Below, in pieces: positions 35,982 to 46,366 of a stretch of DNA of 64,000 nucleotides. The DNA is from Candidatus Yanofskybacteria bacterium RIFCSPLOWO2_01_FULL_42_49. GTDB lineage: Bacteria; Patescibacteriota; Minisyncoccia; 2-02-FULL-40-12; GWA2-44-9. Numbering within the stretch: position 1 is the stretch's first letter; each line of letters starts with the position of its first letter. The notes under the pieces are model-generated. The model ran no database searches, was not told where the DNA came from, and saw only the letters and a list, made by a program, of their open reading frames with translations. A program made the position numbers and the translations under genes. The stretch is from NCBI GenBank assembly GCA_001795615.1, contig MGKI01000014.1, positions 5,380-69,379 of the forward strand, read 5' to 3'.

Positions 35982-37772
35982 ATGAAAACATTACATAAAA
36001 TATTGGCCATTATTAGCCTGTTCCGCAGAGCCTTTTCAAGGCATACAAAAAAATTAGCCTTAATGATTGGCCTTGGGTTTATTGGGGGCTTTTTGGGTGG
36101 TATCGGGATCGGAGCGATTATTCCCCTGTTTTATATTATCACCAACAAATCCAGTGTCGGAACTGATTCTATCTCTAGAATTATTTCTAAAATATTTGAA
36201 TTTATTCACCTGCCGATATCGCTATCGTCAATTATACTGTTAATGGTTGTTTTATTTCTAACTAAAGCTGTTTTTTTATACATAGCAAATTATATAAATA
36301 CAAAGATATATGCCGATTACGAACTTGAGACGAGAGAAAGGTTATTTAAAAAAACTCTGGAAACTGATTGGCCATACCTGATGCACCAGAAAACAGGCCG
36401 CCTTAACGATATTTTAATGGGCGATGTTGGAGGAGCATCCGGCGCTTTAAATAGTATGAGCGGAGCTGTTTTAACTGGAACAAGTCTGATAACTTACGCC
36501 ATAATTGCGGTTAATATATCGGTTCCCATAACACTGGCAACTCTTGGTTTGGGAGCATTTTTATTTTTCTTATTTAAGCCAGTCTTCTACCGGGTCAGAA
36601 AATTATCCGGCCAAACCTCGGAAACGATCAAAACACTTGCCCACCATCTCAACCAGCATGTCGCTGGCGCTAAAACCATAAAATCCATGTCCTTGGAAAA
36701 TGATGTTTTCCAAAAAGGTATGGCCTATTTTGATGACTTAAAAAATATACGATTGAAATGGTCCCGATACGGCATTCTTCTTAATACTTTCGTCGAACCG
36801 GTAAGCCTGGGACTAGTAGTCGCTATATTTCTAACTTCATATCGAAATCCAGATTTTAACATCGCCACTTTTGTCGCAATAATCTATCTGGTTCAAAAAA
36901 TGTTCACATTCGTTCAGTCTATCCAGGGAAAATTTAATGTAGTAAACGAATCCCTTCCTTTGATAAACATCTTGGTGGCTTACGAAAAAGAGATCGATAA
37001 AAATCGAGAATTCGTCGGAGGCAATAAACAATTTATTTTTAACAGAACGCTGGAATTTAAAAATGTCTCATTTGGCTATGTTGGGGGACAAAACATTGTC
37101 AACGCATTGAATTTGTCCATAAATAAAGGAGAAATGGTCGGACTTATCGGACCTTCCGGCGCCGGAAAAACAACAATAGTAGACTTGCTGTTAAGATTAT
37201 TCAGGCCCAATAGCGGAGAACTGCTTATTGATGGCGCCAACATAGATGAACTGGACAAAAAATCGTGGCATAAGAATATCGGATATGTATCGCAGGATAT
37301 ATTTTTGCTTAATGACACCATTGAAAACAATATTCGTTTTTATAATAATGCCCTAAACCATAAAGACATCGTGGAAGCAACGAGATCAGCCAACATCTAC
37401 GATTTTATAGAAACATTGCCTGATAAATTCCAAACACTTGTAGGAGAACGAGGTATTCAGCTTTCAGGCGGACAGCGCCAACGAATCGTTCTCGCCCGAA
37501 TTTTGGCAAGAAAGCCGTCCATATTGGTTCTTGACGAGGCAACCAGCGCTCTGGATAACGAATCAGAGCACAAAATCCAAGAAGCAATTAAAGGGCTGCG
37601 AGGCAAACTAACAATATTGATTGTGGCTCACCGTTTAAGCACGGTCATGCATGCGGACAAAATTGCGGTCCTCAAAGACGGCATCATCGCAGAAGAGGGC
37701 GGTCCACAGGAACTTCTCAATAACAGTCAGTCGTATTTCTACAAAAATTATAATATAGATAAGAGTTATTAA
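35982..37772 (+). CDS. ABC exporter (TMD+NBD), MsbA/PglK-like glycolipid flippase
   Basis: 6-TM N-domain, GPSGAGKT, LSGGQRQR, LVLDEATSALD, AHRLS. Confidence 0.9.
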   Translation: MKTLHKILAIISLFRRAFSRHTKKLALMIGLGFIGGFLGGIGIGAIIPLFYIITNKSSVGTDSISRIISKIFEFIHLPISLSSIILLMVVLFLTKAVFLYIANYINTKIYADYELETRERLFKKTLETDWPYLMHQKTGRLNDILMGDVGGASGALNSMSGAVLTGTSLITYAIIAVNISVPITLATLGLGAFLFFLFKPVFYRVRKLSGQTSETIKTLAHHLNQHVAGAKTIKSMSLENDVFQKGMAYFDDLKNIRLKWSRYGILLNTFVEPVSLGLVVAIFLTSYRNPDFNIATFVAIIYLVQKMFTFVQSIQGKFNVVNESLPLINILVAYEKEIDKNREFVGGNKQFIFNRTLEFKNVSFGYVGGQNIVNALNLSINKGEMVGLIGPSGAGKTTIVDLLLRLFRPNSGELLIDGANIDELDKKSWHKNIGYVSQDIFLLNDTIENNIRFYNNALNHKDIVEATRSANIYDFIETLPDKFQTLVGERGIQLSGGQRQRIVLARILARKPSILVLDEATSALDNESEHKIQEAIKGLRGKLTILIVAHRLSTVMHADKIAVLKDGIIAEEGGPQELLNNSQSYFYKNYNIDKSY

Positions 37773-39754
37773 TGATTCAATACTTGTATTTAATCTTGGG
37801 GCTAGCCGCAGCTTCCAGTATAATTTTTTCTTTTATGACAAAGGGGGTTCTTTACGCTACGCCCGATACTGACAATGAATTAATGGCCTATGCCGCCGCT
37901 CAATCTCATAGATGGCGTTGGCTGTCAGATCTCCATAAAATGGGTTTAGGCAAAACTGGGATGAAAGACCTGACCGTTATATTAATATCAGTATTTCAAA
38001 AAATATTCCGCAATAAGACCGATGATCACCCCTATATTGCATTGGCCGGCACAGCTCACGCTTTTTCGTCTTTGTTAGTATATTTTATTGCTTCAGAATA
38101 TTGGGATCCAGCCATCGCTTTGTTTTTGGGATTGCTCTATTTGTTTTCTGTATGGAATTGGCAGATAGCTCTTTATGGAGGCCACGCCAATGTGGCCACC
38201 ATGTTGGTTCTGCTTTCTGTTTGGTTCACCCAACAAACAAATAATGGTTTAATGTGGCCGGGAATATGGTTAGTAGCAGCCGGGATAATATTTTGTTTTG
38301 CTCAATTTGCTTCAGCATCAACTATTAAATACACCCCCCTATTTTTCGGAGCCATTATTTTTGAACGCTATCAGATTTTTATCAAAGGAGGAGATTGGCT
38401 GAATACCTATCCTTTCATCATAAACAGCCAATTATACAAATTAAATATTTTTGTAATAATTATTTTTTTATTAAGCATTCTTTTCCTGCGACTTTTTTAT
38501 AAAAAAATAGTTTCAGCTATATATTACGGTAAGGCATTCGGATTTTTAAATAAAATAATCAGCGGAAAAGAATTATTCCCGATAGAACACTACTTCCAAC
38601 ATGCCAAAAAAAGAATAAATCAATTAGCCGTTTGGGGATTGTGGGCTGTCGTCGGCTTTCTGTTATTGGTGAATCTCGTGGGGCTTTATTACTTTTTACT
38701 GGTAATGACAGGCTTTATTGTTGGGTTTCTAATACTAACCCTACCCAACATAAAAAAAAGTTTTCGTTATTACTTTAACTTCATTCTTGAAACACAGATA
38801 AGAAGAAAAACTCACTTTAAAAGTTATATCCACTACTTCGCTGAAAAAGGACTAAATACTTCTAGGCGTACCCGGGGTGCCGGCCTGGCCTGGCTACCAA
38901 AAATGTTCATGAGAATGATACCGTTTCACACTGCAATTTTTATTATTTCCGTTATTGGTTCGCTGTATGCTGTTCCTTTCTTGGGCGGAAAAATTTGGAT
39001 AAATTATACAACGACACTGTTAATAATAATACTATCTCTGTCGCCAATAATCTGGGCCGAAATGACTAAAGCTCAACAACTTTCCAGATCTTATTCTCCG
39101 GGATTGACTGGGATGATGTTGTTGATCGGCTACGGAGCTTACCTTCTTGAAATTTTTTCCTTCAGTTATTTTTATCCGCTAATTATCATCACCTTAAGCA
39201 TTACGATACCGTGGAATTTATGGGTATTTTTATCAGATGTTTATCCGGCACGAATGGGAGCAACTTATATGTTTAGATCGCTGAGACGTTTGAATATAAA
39301 AGAAATTTATACTTATAACACTAAATACAACAGAGCGATGGTCGAAACAATTCCCGGACTAGGCAGATCAGAATATGTTCCTCACAAAAAAATTGATCCT
39401 CCATTTGTAATCCATTATATAAATAGTATAAATGATGTAAAAGATGGCTGGATCGTAATTCCCGGAACTAACGGAAGATCAATTACTATGAGCGGCGAGC
39501 AAGAGGCCATCGATGATAATTTCAGTTTTACAAAAGACCCGGTGTTAAATAAATTAATAGAATCCAGGAAAATTGATAAAATAGCCGATATAAAATTAAA
39601 GACATACGGCACAAGCCATTTCTGGTCTTTAGAAGATGAGGTTCTTGGTTATATGGATCTTATTTTAAATGAAATAGGCCCCAAGGATATTTACAGAGGA
39701 CATGCCTGGCTGATACATTCAAACAAATTAAAATCATTAACTAATGTATTCTAA
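37772..39754 (+). CDS. Large polytopic membrane protein, possibly GT-C-like
   Basis: Acidic first loop PDTDNE, many TMs, soluble C-terminal domain; translationally coupled to the ABC exporter. Confidence 0.5.
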   Translation: MIQYLYLILGLAAASSIIFSFMTKGVLYATPDTDNELMAYAAAQSHRWRWLSDLHKMGLGKTGMKDLTVILISVFQKIFRNKTDDHPYIALAGTAHAFSSLLVYFIASEYWDPAIALFLGLLYLFSVWNWQIALYGGHANVATMLVLLSVWFTQQTNNGLMWPGIWLVAAGIIFCFAQFASASTIKYTPLFFGAIIFERYQIFIKGGDWLNTYPFIINSQLYKLNIFVIIIFLLSILFLRLFYKKIVSAIYYGKAFGFLNKIISGKELFPIEHYFQHAKKRINQLAVWGLWAVVGFLLLVNLVGLYYFLLVMTGFIVGFLILTLPNIKKSFRYYFNFILETQIRRKTHFKSYIHYFAEKGLNTSRRTRGAGLAWLPKMFMRMIPFHTAIFIISVIGSLYAVPFLGGKIWINYTTTLLIIILSLSPIIWAEMTKAQQLSRSYSPGLTGMMLLIGYGAYLLEIFSFSYFYPLIIITLSITIPWNLWVFLSDVYPARMGATYMFRSLRRLNIKEIYTYNTKYNRAMVETIPGLGRSEYVPHKKIDPPFVIHYINSINDVKDGWIVIPGTNGRSITMSGEQEAIDDNFSFTKDPVLNKLIESRKIDKIADIKLKTYGTSHFWSLEDEVLGYMDLILNEIGPKDIYRGHAWLIHSNKLKSLTNVF

Positions 39755-39755
39755 G

Positions 39756-40745
39756 ATGATTATTACACGAACACCATTCAGAATATCGTTTTTTGGAGGA
39801 GGAACCGATTATCCGGTTTGGTACAAAAAAAATGGCGGAGCAGTTTTATCAACCACCATTAACCATTATGGTTACATCACCTGCCGTTTTTCGCCGCCAT
39901 TTTTTAAACACAAATACAGGGTATCCTATTCGAAAATAGAGGAAGTGAGCCACCACAATCAAATTGACCATCCTTCCGTAAGAGAATCGCTAAAATTTTT
40001 AAACTTCAACAAAAATTTGAGCATAACTTATGATACCGACCTACCGGCCAGATCCGGCCTGGGTTCCAGTTCATCCTTCACGGTTGGGTTACTCAACGCT
40101 CTTTACGGATTAAGGGGCGAATCCAAAACTAAAGAACAGCTGGCCATGGACGCAATTCATGTAGAACAAAATTTGATCGGCGAAAATGTGGGTTCACAAG
40201 ACCAAACAGCTGCCGCATTCGGCGGACTCAATAAGATAGAGTTCGGCGGCGCTAACGAGTTAACAGTCATCCCGATTATCTTGGAACAAAAAAGGTCAAA
40301 AAATTTACAGGACCATTTGCTTATGTTCTTTACGGGATATGCTCGCACGGCATCGGAAATTGCCGCCGAGCAGATAAGACTCACACCCAAAAAAGACACC
40401 GAGCTTCACGCTATGAGGCAAATGGTAGATGAGGCTGTAAATATCCTCCATAGAAAAAAGGAGAATCTCGATGATTTTGGTAAGCTTCTTCACCAAAGCT
40501 GGCAATTAAAAAGAAGCTTGAGTTCTAAAATTTCAAATCCAGCCATAGACGAAATATATGCATTAGGGATAAAAGCCGGGGCTATCGGAGGAAAGTTGTT
40601 GGGTGCCGGTGGAGGCGGATTTATGTTATTTTTTGCCCCGCCAGAAAGACATAAAAAAATAATAGAAAAACTAAATAACTTTTTATGTGTCCCGGTCAAT
40701 ATGGAGTACACAGGAAGCCAAAGAATATACCACTCGGACTTCTAA
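39756..40745 (+). CDS. hddA: GHMP kinase, D-glycero-alpha-D-manno-heptose-7-phosphate kinase-like
   Basis: MIITRTPFRISFFGGGTD, PARSGLGSSS, VGSQDQ, GGKLLGAGGGGF; gmhA/gmhB nearby. Confidence 0.85.
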   Translation: MIITRTPFRISFFGGGTDYPVWYKKNGGAVLSTTINHYGYITCRFSPPFFKHKYRVSYSKIEEVSHHNQIDHPSVRESLKFLNFNKNLSITYDTDLPARSGLGSSSSFTVGLLNALYGLRGESKTKEQLAMDAIHVEQNLIGENVGSQDQTAAAFGGLNKIEFGGANELTVIPIILEQKRSKNLQDHLLMFFTGYARTASEIAAEQIRLTPKKDTELHAMRQMVDEAVNILHRKKENLDDFGKLLHQSWQLKRSLSSKISNPAIDEIYALGIKAGAIGGKLLGAGGGGFMLFFAPPERHKKIIEKLNNFLCVPVNMEYTGSQRIYHSDF

Positions 40746-40760
40746 TCTACTTCCGCCTTC

Positions 40761-40815
40761 TGGACAACTCTCGGTTTTTATAGTATTTTATCTAAAAAGT
40801 TTTTTAACAAAGGGT
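40761..40815 (+). promoter_or_regulatory. Promoter plus boxA-like 12-mer and SD
   Basis: TGGACA (40761-40766), 17 nt, TATTTT; GTTTTTTAACAA (40799-40810); AGGGT. Confidence 0.6.
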
Positions 40816-40819
40816 ATTA

Positions 40820-42715
40820 ATGCTCATTGACGGCTTGATAACCCCAAAAGGTCTTGCGGAGAGTTTTTCTAAAGAAACTTCGCTGGAGATGTTCAGGCGA
40901 ATGTGCCTGATCAGATATTTTGAGTTGAATGTTAAGGGCGCCTACGATTCCAAACGAATGCCAAAGTCGCCTATTTATCTTTCTGTTGGGCAAGAAGCAA
41001 TTTCGTCTGCCTTGTCGGTAGTTTTCAAGAAAGAGCAACCTGCCTTATTCGGACAACACCGAGGCCATGATATTTACTTAGCATTCGGCGGCGACCCGGC
41101 TAAACTAATAGATGAGCTGTTTGGTTGGCCGACTGGCTGTGCCAAAGGAATGGGGGGTTCGGCATCTATACATTGTCCGGAAATTAAAATGGTCGGTCAC
41201 GATGGTCTGATGGGGACGCAAGTCGCTGACAGCGTAGGTTCATCTCTTGTAGACAAAGAAATGACTATTGCTTTTATGGGCGACGCTAGCGCCGAAGAGG
41301 GATTCGTTTTGGGTCCCCTGGGTTTTGCAATAACAAAAAATCTGCCGATTCTTTTCGTTGTTTGCGACAATAATTTGTCCATTTTGACCCAAAAGGGGGT
41401 CCGCCGAAACTGGACAATGAATGAACATGCTAATTTCGGAATGCCGTCCATAGACATTACAGATGATCCGTGGCTGATCATGCATCATGCAAAAAGATTA
41501 AGTACTTCGCTCCCCGCTTTGATGAATATCCATACCTGCCGAGAGTTGTGGCACGCCGGAACGGGCAAAGACGGAGAACCGGAGTGGAATCGTTTTGAAA
41601 TAGTAAAACAAGAGCTTAACAACATGGGTTTTGGAACTGAAGCCGAAATCATAGAGAAAATCACAAAAAAACTTATTGATGAAATGTGGGGCATCAAGCT
41701 AAAAGAAGCGCCGCCTAATGAATTGTCTGCAAGAAAAAAGTTCACCATTATCGATCCAAATTACAAATACGAACGCAATCCTGTTTTGATTGACAAGAAG
41801 CCAAAGGTAAAAGAAATCATACAAGAAGTTACAAGAGATATTTTGAAAAACCAAGGCGGCAGAGCAATGGGCCAATGCCTAACTGCTGTCGGTTGGGTCG
41901 GCGGAACTGTTCCCAATATGACCGAGAAAGAAGGACTGATAGAACTTTCAATGGACGATACCGGGGGTTCTGGTATTGCTGTCGGTTGTTCAAGAAAAGT
42001 ACCGACCATCTACATAGTGCGCTATCAAGGGTTTCAGTGGTTCAATGCCGCCTTTATTGCCAACCTCGCCGCAAAATCAAAAGAAATGTGGGGAGTGCCG
42101 AGACGTTTATTCGTCCGATCCATTGCCATGGAGGGAGGCATCGGTCCAGTCGCCTCAAACAGCCATCATGGGATATTCACAAGGATACCTGGAATAGTAG
42201 CTGCCGCACCGATGACACCGGGAGAATATCTTCAAATCGCTGATTATTTTAACGGCCACGATGACCCTATGTATGTAAGCGAGCACAGAAAAAGTTTTGA
42301 CATTGATTACGAAATGCCCGACACCGTTAATCCCCATCCTCATATCACTTTATTCCCTATTTCTGCAGCAAGATTAAATACAATAAAAGCAGTGAAAACA
42401 TTGTCTGAAGAAGGGGTAATTTGCAACATCATACATCTTTTGTGGCTTAAACCGTTCATTGTCGGCGAAAGAGTATTGGGTCCCTTAGAAAACTCGGAAT
42501 TCGGGGGAATCGTCCTTGATACTGATTACGAGAATGGAGTTTCAAAATGCATCGCTCATGACCTAATGATGAAAACTGATAAAAAGGTAGCGGTACTCGG
42601 CCTTGAAGAAAGGACCGCCGGATTCGCGCCATACTTGGACAATCTCCCGCCTTCGCCAGAACAGATAGTTAGCTTCGTAAAAAACATAGTAAACAAATCT
42701 CCACGCTCATCATGA
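40820..42715 (+). CDS. ThDP-dependent 2-oxoacid dehydrogenase E1-like alpha+beta fusion
   Basis: YLSVGQEA, QHRGH, GCAKGMGGS, GDASAEEG...DNNLS ThDP motif; divergent beta/transketolase-C half (LWLKPF). Confidence 0.8.
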   Translation: MLIDGLITPKGLAESFSKETSLEMFRRMCLIRYFELNVKGAYDSKRMPKSPIYLSVGQEAISSALSVVFKKEQPALFGQHRGHDIYLAFGGDPAKLIDELFGWPTGCAKGMGGSASIHCPEIKMVGHDGLMGTQVADSVGSSLVDKEMTIAFMGDASAEEGFVLGPLGFAITKNLPILFVVCDNNLSILTQKGVRRNWTMNEHANFGMPSIDITDDPWLIMHHAKRLSTSLPALMNIHTCRELWHAGTGKDGEPEWNRFEIVKQELNNMGFGTEAEIIEKITKKLIDEMWGIKLKEAPPNELSARKKFTIIDPNYKYERNPVLIDKKPKVKEIIQEVTRDILKNQGGRAMGQCLTAVGWVGGTVPNMTEKEGLIELSMDDTGGSGIAVGCSRKVPTIYIVRYQGFQWFNAAFIANLAAKSKEMWGVPRRLFVRSIAMEGGIGPVASNSHHGIFTRIPGIVAAAPMTPGEYLQIADYFNGHDDPMYVSEHRKSFDIDYEMPDTVNPHPHITLFPISAARLNTIKAVKTLSEEGVICNIIHLLWLKPFIVGERVLGPLENSEFGGIVLDTDYENGVSKCIAHDLMMKTDKKVAVLGLEERTAGFAPYLDNLPPSPEQIVSFVKNIVNKSPRSS

Positions 42716-42752
42716 GCGTGGGAATAAGTAACCCCGCATTTAGCGGGGTTTT
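42701..42752. terminator. Double hairpin between convergent genes
   Basis: CCACGCTCAT-C-ATGAGCGTGG (42701-42721) and AACCCCGC-ATTTA-GCGGGGTT (42730-42750). Confidence 0.65.
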
Positions 42753-42769
42753 AAACAATAAATAAAGCG

Positions 42770-44128
42770 CTAGTCATCAGTAATGTTAGAATCTTTATAG
42801 AGTTCAAAAGAACTTAGTCCGGCTTCTTTAACTCTCCTATATATTTCGTTATGGTTTCGGATTATTTCCTCTTCACTCATTCCCCTCCCCCATGGCGTCA
42901 CGGGTGCGTATTTAAAAGAAAGTTGCTTTTTGTTTTCCTGATTCCCTCTCCGCCTATGCATTGTATTTTCCCAATCATAACTGACGCTTGCAATACCAAA
43001 TTTTTCCGGATTGTTAAACATTTCTGTACCTGGACGCACAGTGAAAAGTCCCAAGTAAACCAAATCCGGTTGAGTTTCCCGTATAAAGCTCCATGTCTGT
43101 TCGACAATATCATCCGGTTCGCCCGGAAGTCCGATGATCAGATACATCCGAGCCTCAATGTCGTTTGCCTTGAGCATGGCAATTGTTTCGCGGGCCTTTT
43201 GAACGCTTACCTGCTTATTGATAATATCCAGACAACGCTGGGCCACGCTCTCTACTCCCATCCCCAGAGCAACACATCCTGACTGCCGAGCCAAAGACGC
43301 AATCTCCGGCGTCACGCCATCAACGCGGCATTGTCCTCGCCAAAGAATATTAGTCCGTCCTATGGCCTCAAGATGCCGCATAGCAGCTTTTGGGTTTAAA
43401 GGAAAGACGATTTCATCGGTTAAGGATAAGCCCTGGATACCATAATCTTTCTTAAGATATTCAATTTCTGCTTCAACATATTCCGGCTTACGAAAACGAA
43501 TTCCTGGCGCCTCGCGTCTCGCATACTCAATTGCGCAAAATGAACAACGATAAGGACATCCCCGGCTAAACATGGCCGTAGTGCCCCATAGATTCTCCAG
43601 CCCTGATTTATTGCGCAAGGTCAGCACGTTTTTTCGTGCCGTAGCGCTTTTAGGGAGAAAGTGTCTCCTGTCGCAGGAATAAACGTTGATGTCAACAATT
43701 CCATTCGGTCGGTAAATGCGCTTTAACTTACCGGCCTTAAGATCGCGCACAGCTTCAACAATAGTATCGTCCCCTTCACCAAAAATAACCGAATCAAAAA
43801 TCATCATGCACTCATCCGGGAAAAAATTGGCATGAGGGCCTCCTGCAATATGCAGTGCGTCGGGATACTGTTGCCTGAGGATTTCGATAATTCCTCGTTG
43901 CTCGGCAAAATCAAGCGTATATACTGAGTGAAGAAAAACATTACATTCCGGAATATGGTATTTCGCAAAATACCGCTTAATGCCCCGCAGATCTATAAGC
44001 TTGAGATCAATCGCTGAACCAAACGCATCTTCAAGAATAGTGAGAATATGAAAATGCGTAAACGGATCGCCACGGAATGGATCAAACAGATAATCGCTAC
44101 TTGGGAATATGAAGCCGATTTTCAACAT
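42770..44128 (-). CDS. B12-binding radical SAM protein
   Basis: IAGGPHA, GEGD, SRGCPYRCSFC, MGVES, IIGLPGE; start moved to ATG 44128 (GAGGT SD). Confidence 0.9.
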   Translation of the reverse strand: MLKIGFIFPSSDYLFDPFRGDPFTHFHILTILEDAFGSAIDLKLIDLRGIKRYFAKYHIPECNVFLHSVYTLDFAEQRGIIEILRQQYPDALHIAGGPHANFFPDECMMIFDSVIFGEGDDTIVEAVRDLKAGKLKRIYRPNGIVDINVYSCDRRHFLPKSATARKNVLTLRNKSGLENLWGTTAMFSRGCPYRCSFCAIEYARREAPGIRFRKPEYVEAEIEYLKKDYGIQGLSLTDEIVFPLNPKAAMRHLEAIGRTNILWRGQCRVDGVTPEIASLARQSGCVALGMGVESVAQRCLDIINKQVSVQKARETIAMLKANDIEARMYLIIGLPGEPDDIVEQTWSFIRETQPDLVYLGLFTVRPGTEMFNNPEKFGIASVSYDWENTMHRRRGNQENKKQLSFKYAPVTPWGRGMSEEEIIRNHNEIYRRVKEAGLSSFELYKDSNITDD

Positions 44129-44131
44129 ATT

Positions 44132-44187
44132 ACCTCTTTTTATTAGTGAGCTGCCAAAATTATACAGCACAAATCATATTTTAACAA
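44132..44187 (-). promoter_or_regulatory. Promoter plus boxA-like 12-mer and SD
   Basis: TTGTTA (44182-44187), 17 nt, TATAAT (44159-44164); GCTCACTAATAA (44140-44151); GAGGT. Confidence 0.6.
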
Positions 44188-44271
44188 CCTTCCAGAGTTA
44201 CGAACAAGACACCACAAAAATAACAGTGTCAATATGGATAACGATTTTCTGCTATGTTATATTTTTAAATT

Positions 44272-44832
44272 ATGAAAGATACCAAACAGCAACAAAAAGC
44301 CGTCGTTATCACTGCCGAAGGATTTGAAGATGAAGAAGTTATTTACCCGGTCATCCGACTTAAGGAAGAGGGGTTCATGGTTGATATCGCCACTAAAGAC
44401 GCTAAGTCCGTATTGGGACGATTAAACTTCCCCCTTGAACTTATAGTCCGTTATTATGCTACTCTGGTTGATGCTAAGAAATTAAAACCTAATGATTATG
44501 ACCTCGTGCTGATTCCCGGTGGATTTGAAGCGCCTGATAGGATGAGACAGGTACCAGAAATTTTGGAATTTGTCAGGCAAATGCATAAACAAAAAAAAAT
44601 CGTTTCTGCGTTTTGCCACGGCCCTTGGGTACTTATCTCAGCCGGCATAGTTAAAGGCAAGAAGATTGCCGGATACATCGGTATTAAAGACGATATAAAC
44701 AATGCCGGGGCAATTTATACCGACCAACCAGCAGTAATTGACGGAAACATTATCACCGCCAGACACCCAAGAGATATGGGAGATTTAATGAAAGCGATTT
44801 TTAGTAAGTTTAAAGTAGAAAATAGAAAATAG
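44272..44832 (+). CDS. PfpI/DJ-1 family protein
   Basis: GFEDEE, IPGG, APDRMR, AFCHGPW, VIDGNIITAR. Confidence 0.9.
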   Translation: MKDTKQQQKAVVITAEGFEDEEVIYPVIRLKEEGFMVDIATKDAKSVLGRLNFPLELIVRYYATLVDAKKLKPNDYDLVLIPGGFEAPDRMRQVPEILEFVRQMHKQKKIVSAFCHGPWVLISAGIVKGKKIAGYIGIKDDINNAGAIYTDQPAVIDGNIITARHPRDMGDLMKAIFSKFKVENRK

Positions 44833-44862
44833 GAAATTTTTTAAAATTTTAACTTCCAAAGT

Positions 44863-45591
44863 ATGATCAAAAAAATTCGACAATCTGAATTAGATAAAGA
44901 CTACATAAAAATTAACAAATATCCTATAAGCCCCATCAGTGTCAATCTTAAAAATGTTGTGGTGACTAAACCGTGGGGTTATGAGTATTTAATGTTCAAA
45001 AACAATGAAACCGAGATATGGAATCTGTCTATAAAATACCAGCGTTCCACGTCAATGCACTGCCATCCGAATAAAAAAACTGCCCTTGTTGTTCTAAGCG
45101 GAAGAGCTCAATTTTCAACTCTCAATGAATCATGGGAGTTGATGCCCCACGATGTGATGATAATCGATAAAGGGACATTTCATTCCACCCAAAGCTTGTC
45201 AAAAGAGGGATTAGTGCTATTAGAGTTCGAAACCCCTCCGATGAAACATGACCTACTCAGACTAGAAGATAAATATGGCCGGGCGAGAAAAGGCTATGAA
45301 GAAGAAGTAGACAGAATGATGAAAACTACTGAATATCCCCGTTTTTTAGGAGTCAAAAACAGTAAAGTAAAAAATATCTGCAATAATAAAGTCTGCATAT
45401 TAGAAATTAAAAACAAAAACAACCTTTCAAACTACCCCCAAAAAACCAGAACACTTGCTGTGGTTTTAAGTGGCATGGTTAAGTCAAAAAACGAAGAACC
45501 AATATATGAACCGCCCCACGTCCTTGCTCTGGAAGAACTTCAAGAAGCCGGCCATTTTTTCCATAATGTTTCTTTAATGCTCATCAGGTGA
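44863..45591 (+). CDS. Cupin-domain protein (sugar isomerase/epimerase-like)
   Basis: KPWGYE, STSMHCHPNK, GTFHST, DLLRLEDKYGR. Confidence 0.75.
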   Translation: MIKKIRQSELDKDYIKINKYPISPISVNLKNVVVTKPWGYEYLMFKNNETEIWNLSIKYQRSTSMHCHPNKKTALVVLSGRAQFSTLNESWELMPHDVMIIDKGTFHSTQSLSKEGLVLLEFETPPMKHDLLRLEDKYGRARKGYEEEVDRMMKTTEYPRFLGVKNSKVKNICNNKVCILEIKNKNNLSNYPQKTRTLAVVLSGMVKSKNEEPIYEPPHVLALEELQEAGHFFHNVSLMLIR

Positions 45592-46244
45592 TCCCGAAAG
45601 CAAAAGATTTAATTATATTTGATTTTGACGGCGTATTGGCCGATTCTTTTGACTACTTCTATGCTCTGAACAGAGACGGAATGAAACATGTCGGTCTTTC
45701 TTTTACAAAAGAAGACTATCGAAATCTATTTATCGATAATGTCCATCGGGGATTTAAAGATTTTATAAACAACAACCAAAAATATCTTGCTTATTCAGAG
45801 TTTAGAAAAGCAAATTATGATAGGCGTTACTACGACAAGGAAAGGGGCGTTAAACTATTTCCAAAAGTACCTATATTTCTCAAAAAAATAAGCAAAGCAT
45901 ATCTTCTGGCCGTTGCCTCTTCGGGCCAACAAAAAAACATAAGAAATCTATTAAATAAGGCCGGGGTTGAGAGTTTATTTGATCTAATTTTAGCCGATTC
46001 AAACTATTCTAAAAAGGAGACGATAAAAAAAATATTAAACAAGCATCGAGTCAACTCCGAACAAACTTTCTTTGTCACTGACACTGTTGGTGATGTAAAA
46101 GCCGCAAAAAAATGCGGCCTTAAAACCATAGCCATCACTTGGGGATTCCATGATAAAAAAACTCTCATGACAGCAGGTCCGGACTATATTGTTGCTGACT
46201 TTAAAGCGTTAGGATCAATACTAAAATCTAGCCGACCTAATTAA
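45588..46244 (+). CDS. HAD-superfamily phosphatase
   Basis: IFDFDGVLADS, ASS, K, FVTDTVGD, ITWGFH. Confidence 0.88.
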   Translation: MIPKAKDLIIFDFDGVLADSFDYFYALNRDGMKHVGLSFTKEDYRNLFIDNVHRGFKDFINNNQKYLAYSEFRKANYDRRYYDKERGVKLFPKVPIFLKKISKAYLLAVASSGQQKNIRNLLNKAGVESLFDLILADSNYSKKETIKKILNKHRVNSEQTFFVTDTVGDVKAAKKCGLKTIAITWGFHDKKTLMTAGPDYIVADFKALGSILKSSRPN

Positions 46245-46306
46245 ATAATACACAAAACATATACTGAAAGCCGTCATTAAGATGGTTTTTTCTTATCTCG
46301 TCAATA

Positions 46307-46360
46307 TTGACCGATTTTGATAATTTTGAGATGAGTAAATAAGTTTTTTAAAAAAGGACC
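46307..46360 (+). promoter_or_regulatory. Promoter-like -35 plus boxA-like 12-mer and SD
   Basis: TTGACC (46307-46312); GTTTTTTAAAAA (46343-46354); AGGA. Confidence 0.5.
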
Positions 46361-46366
46361 GACAAA

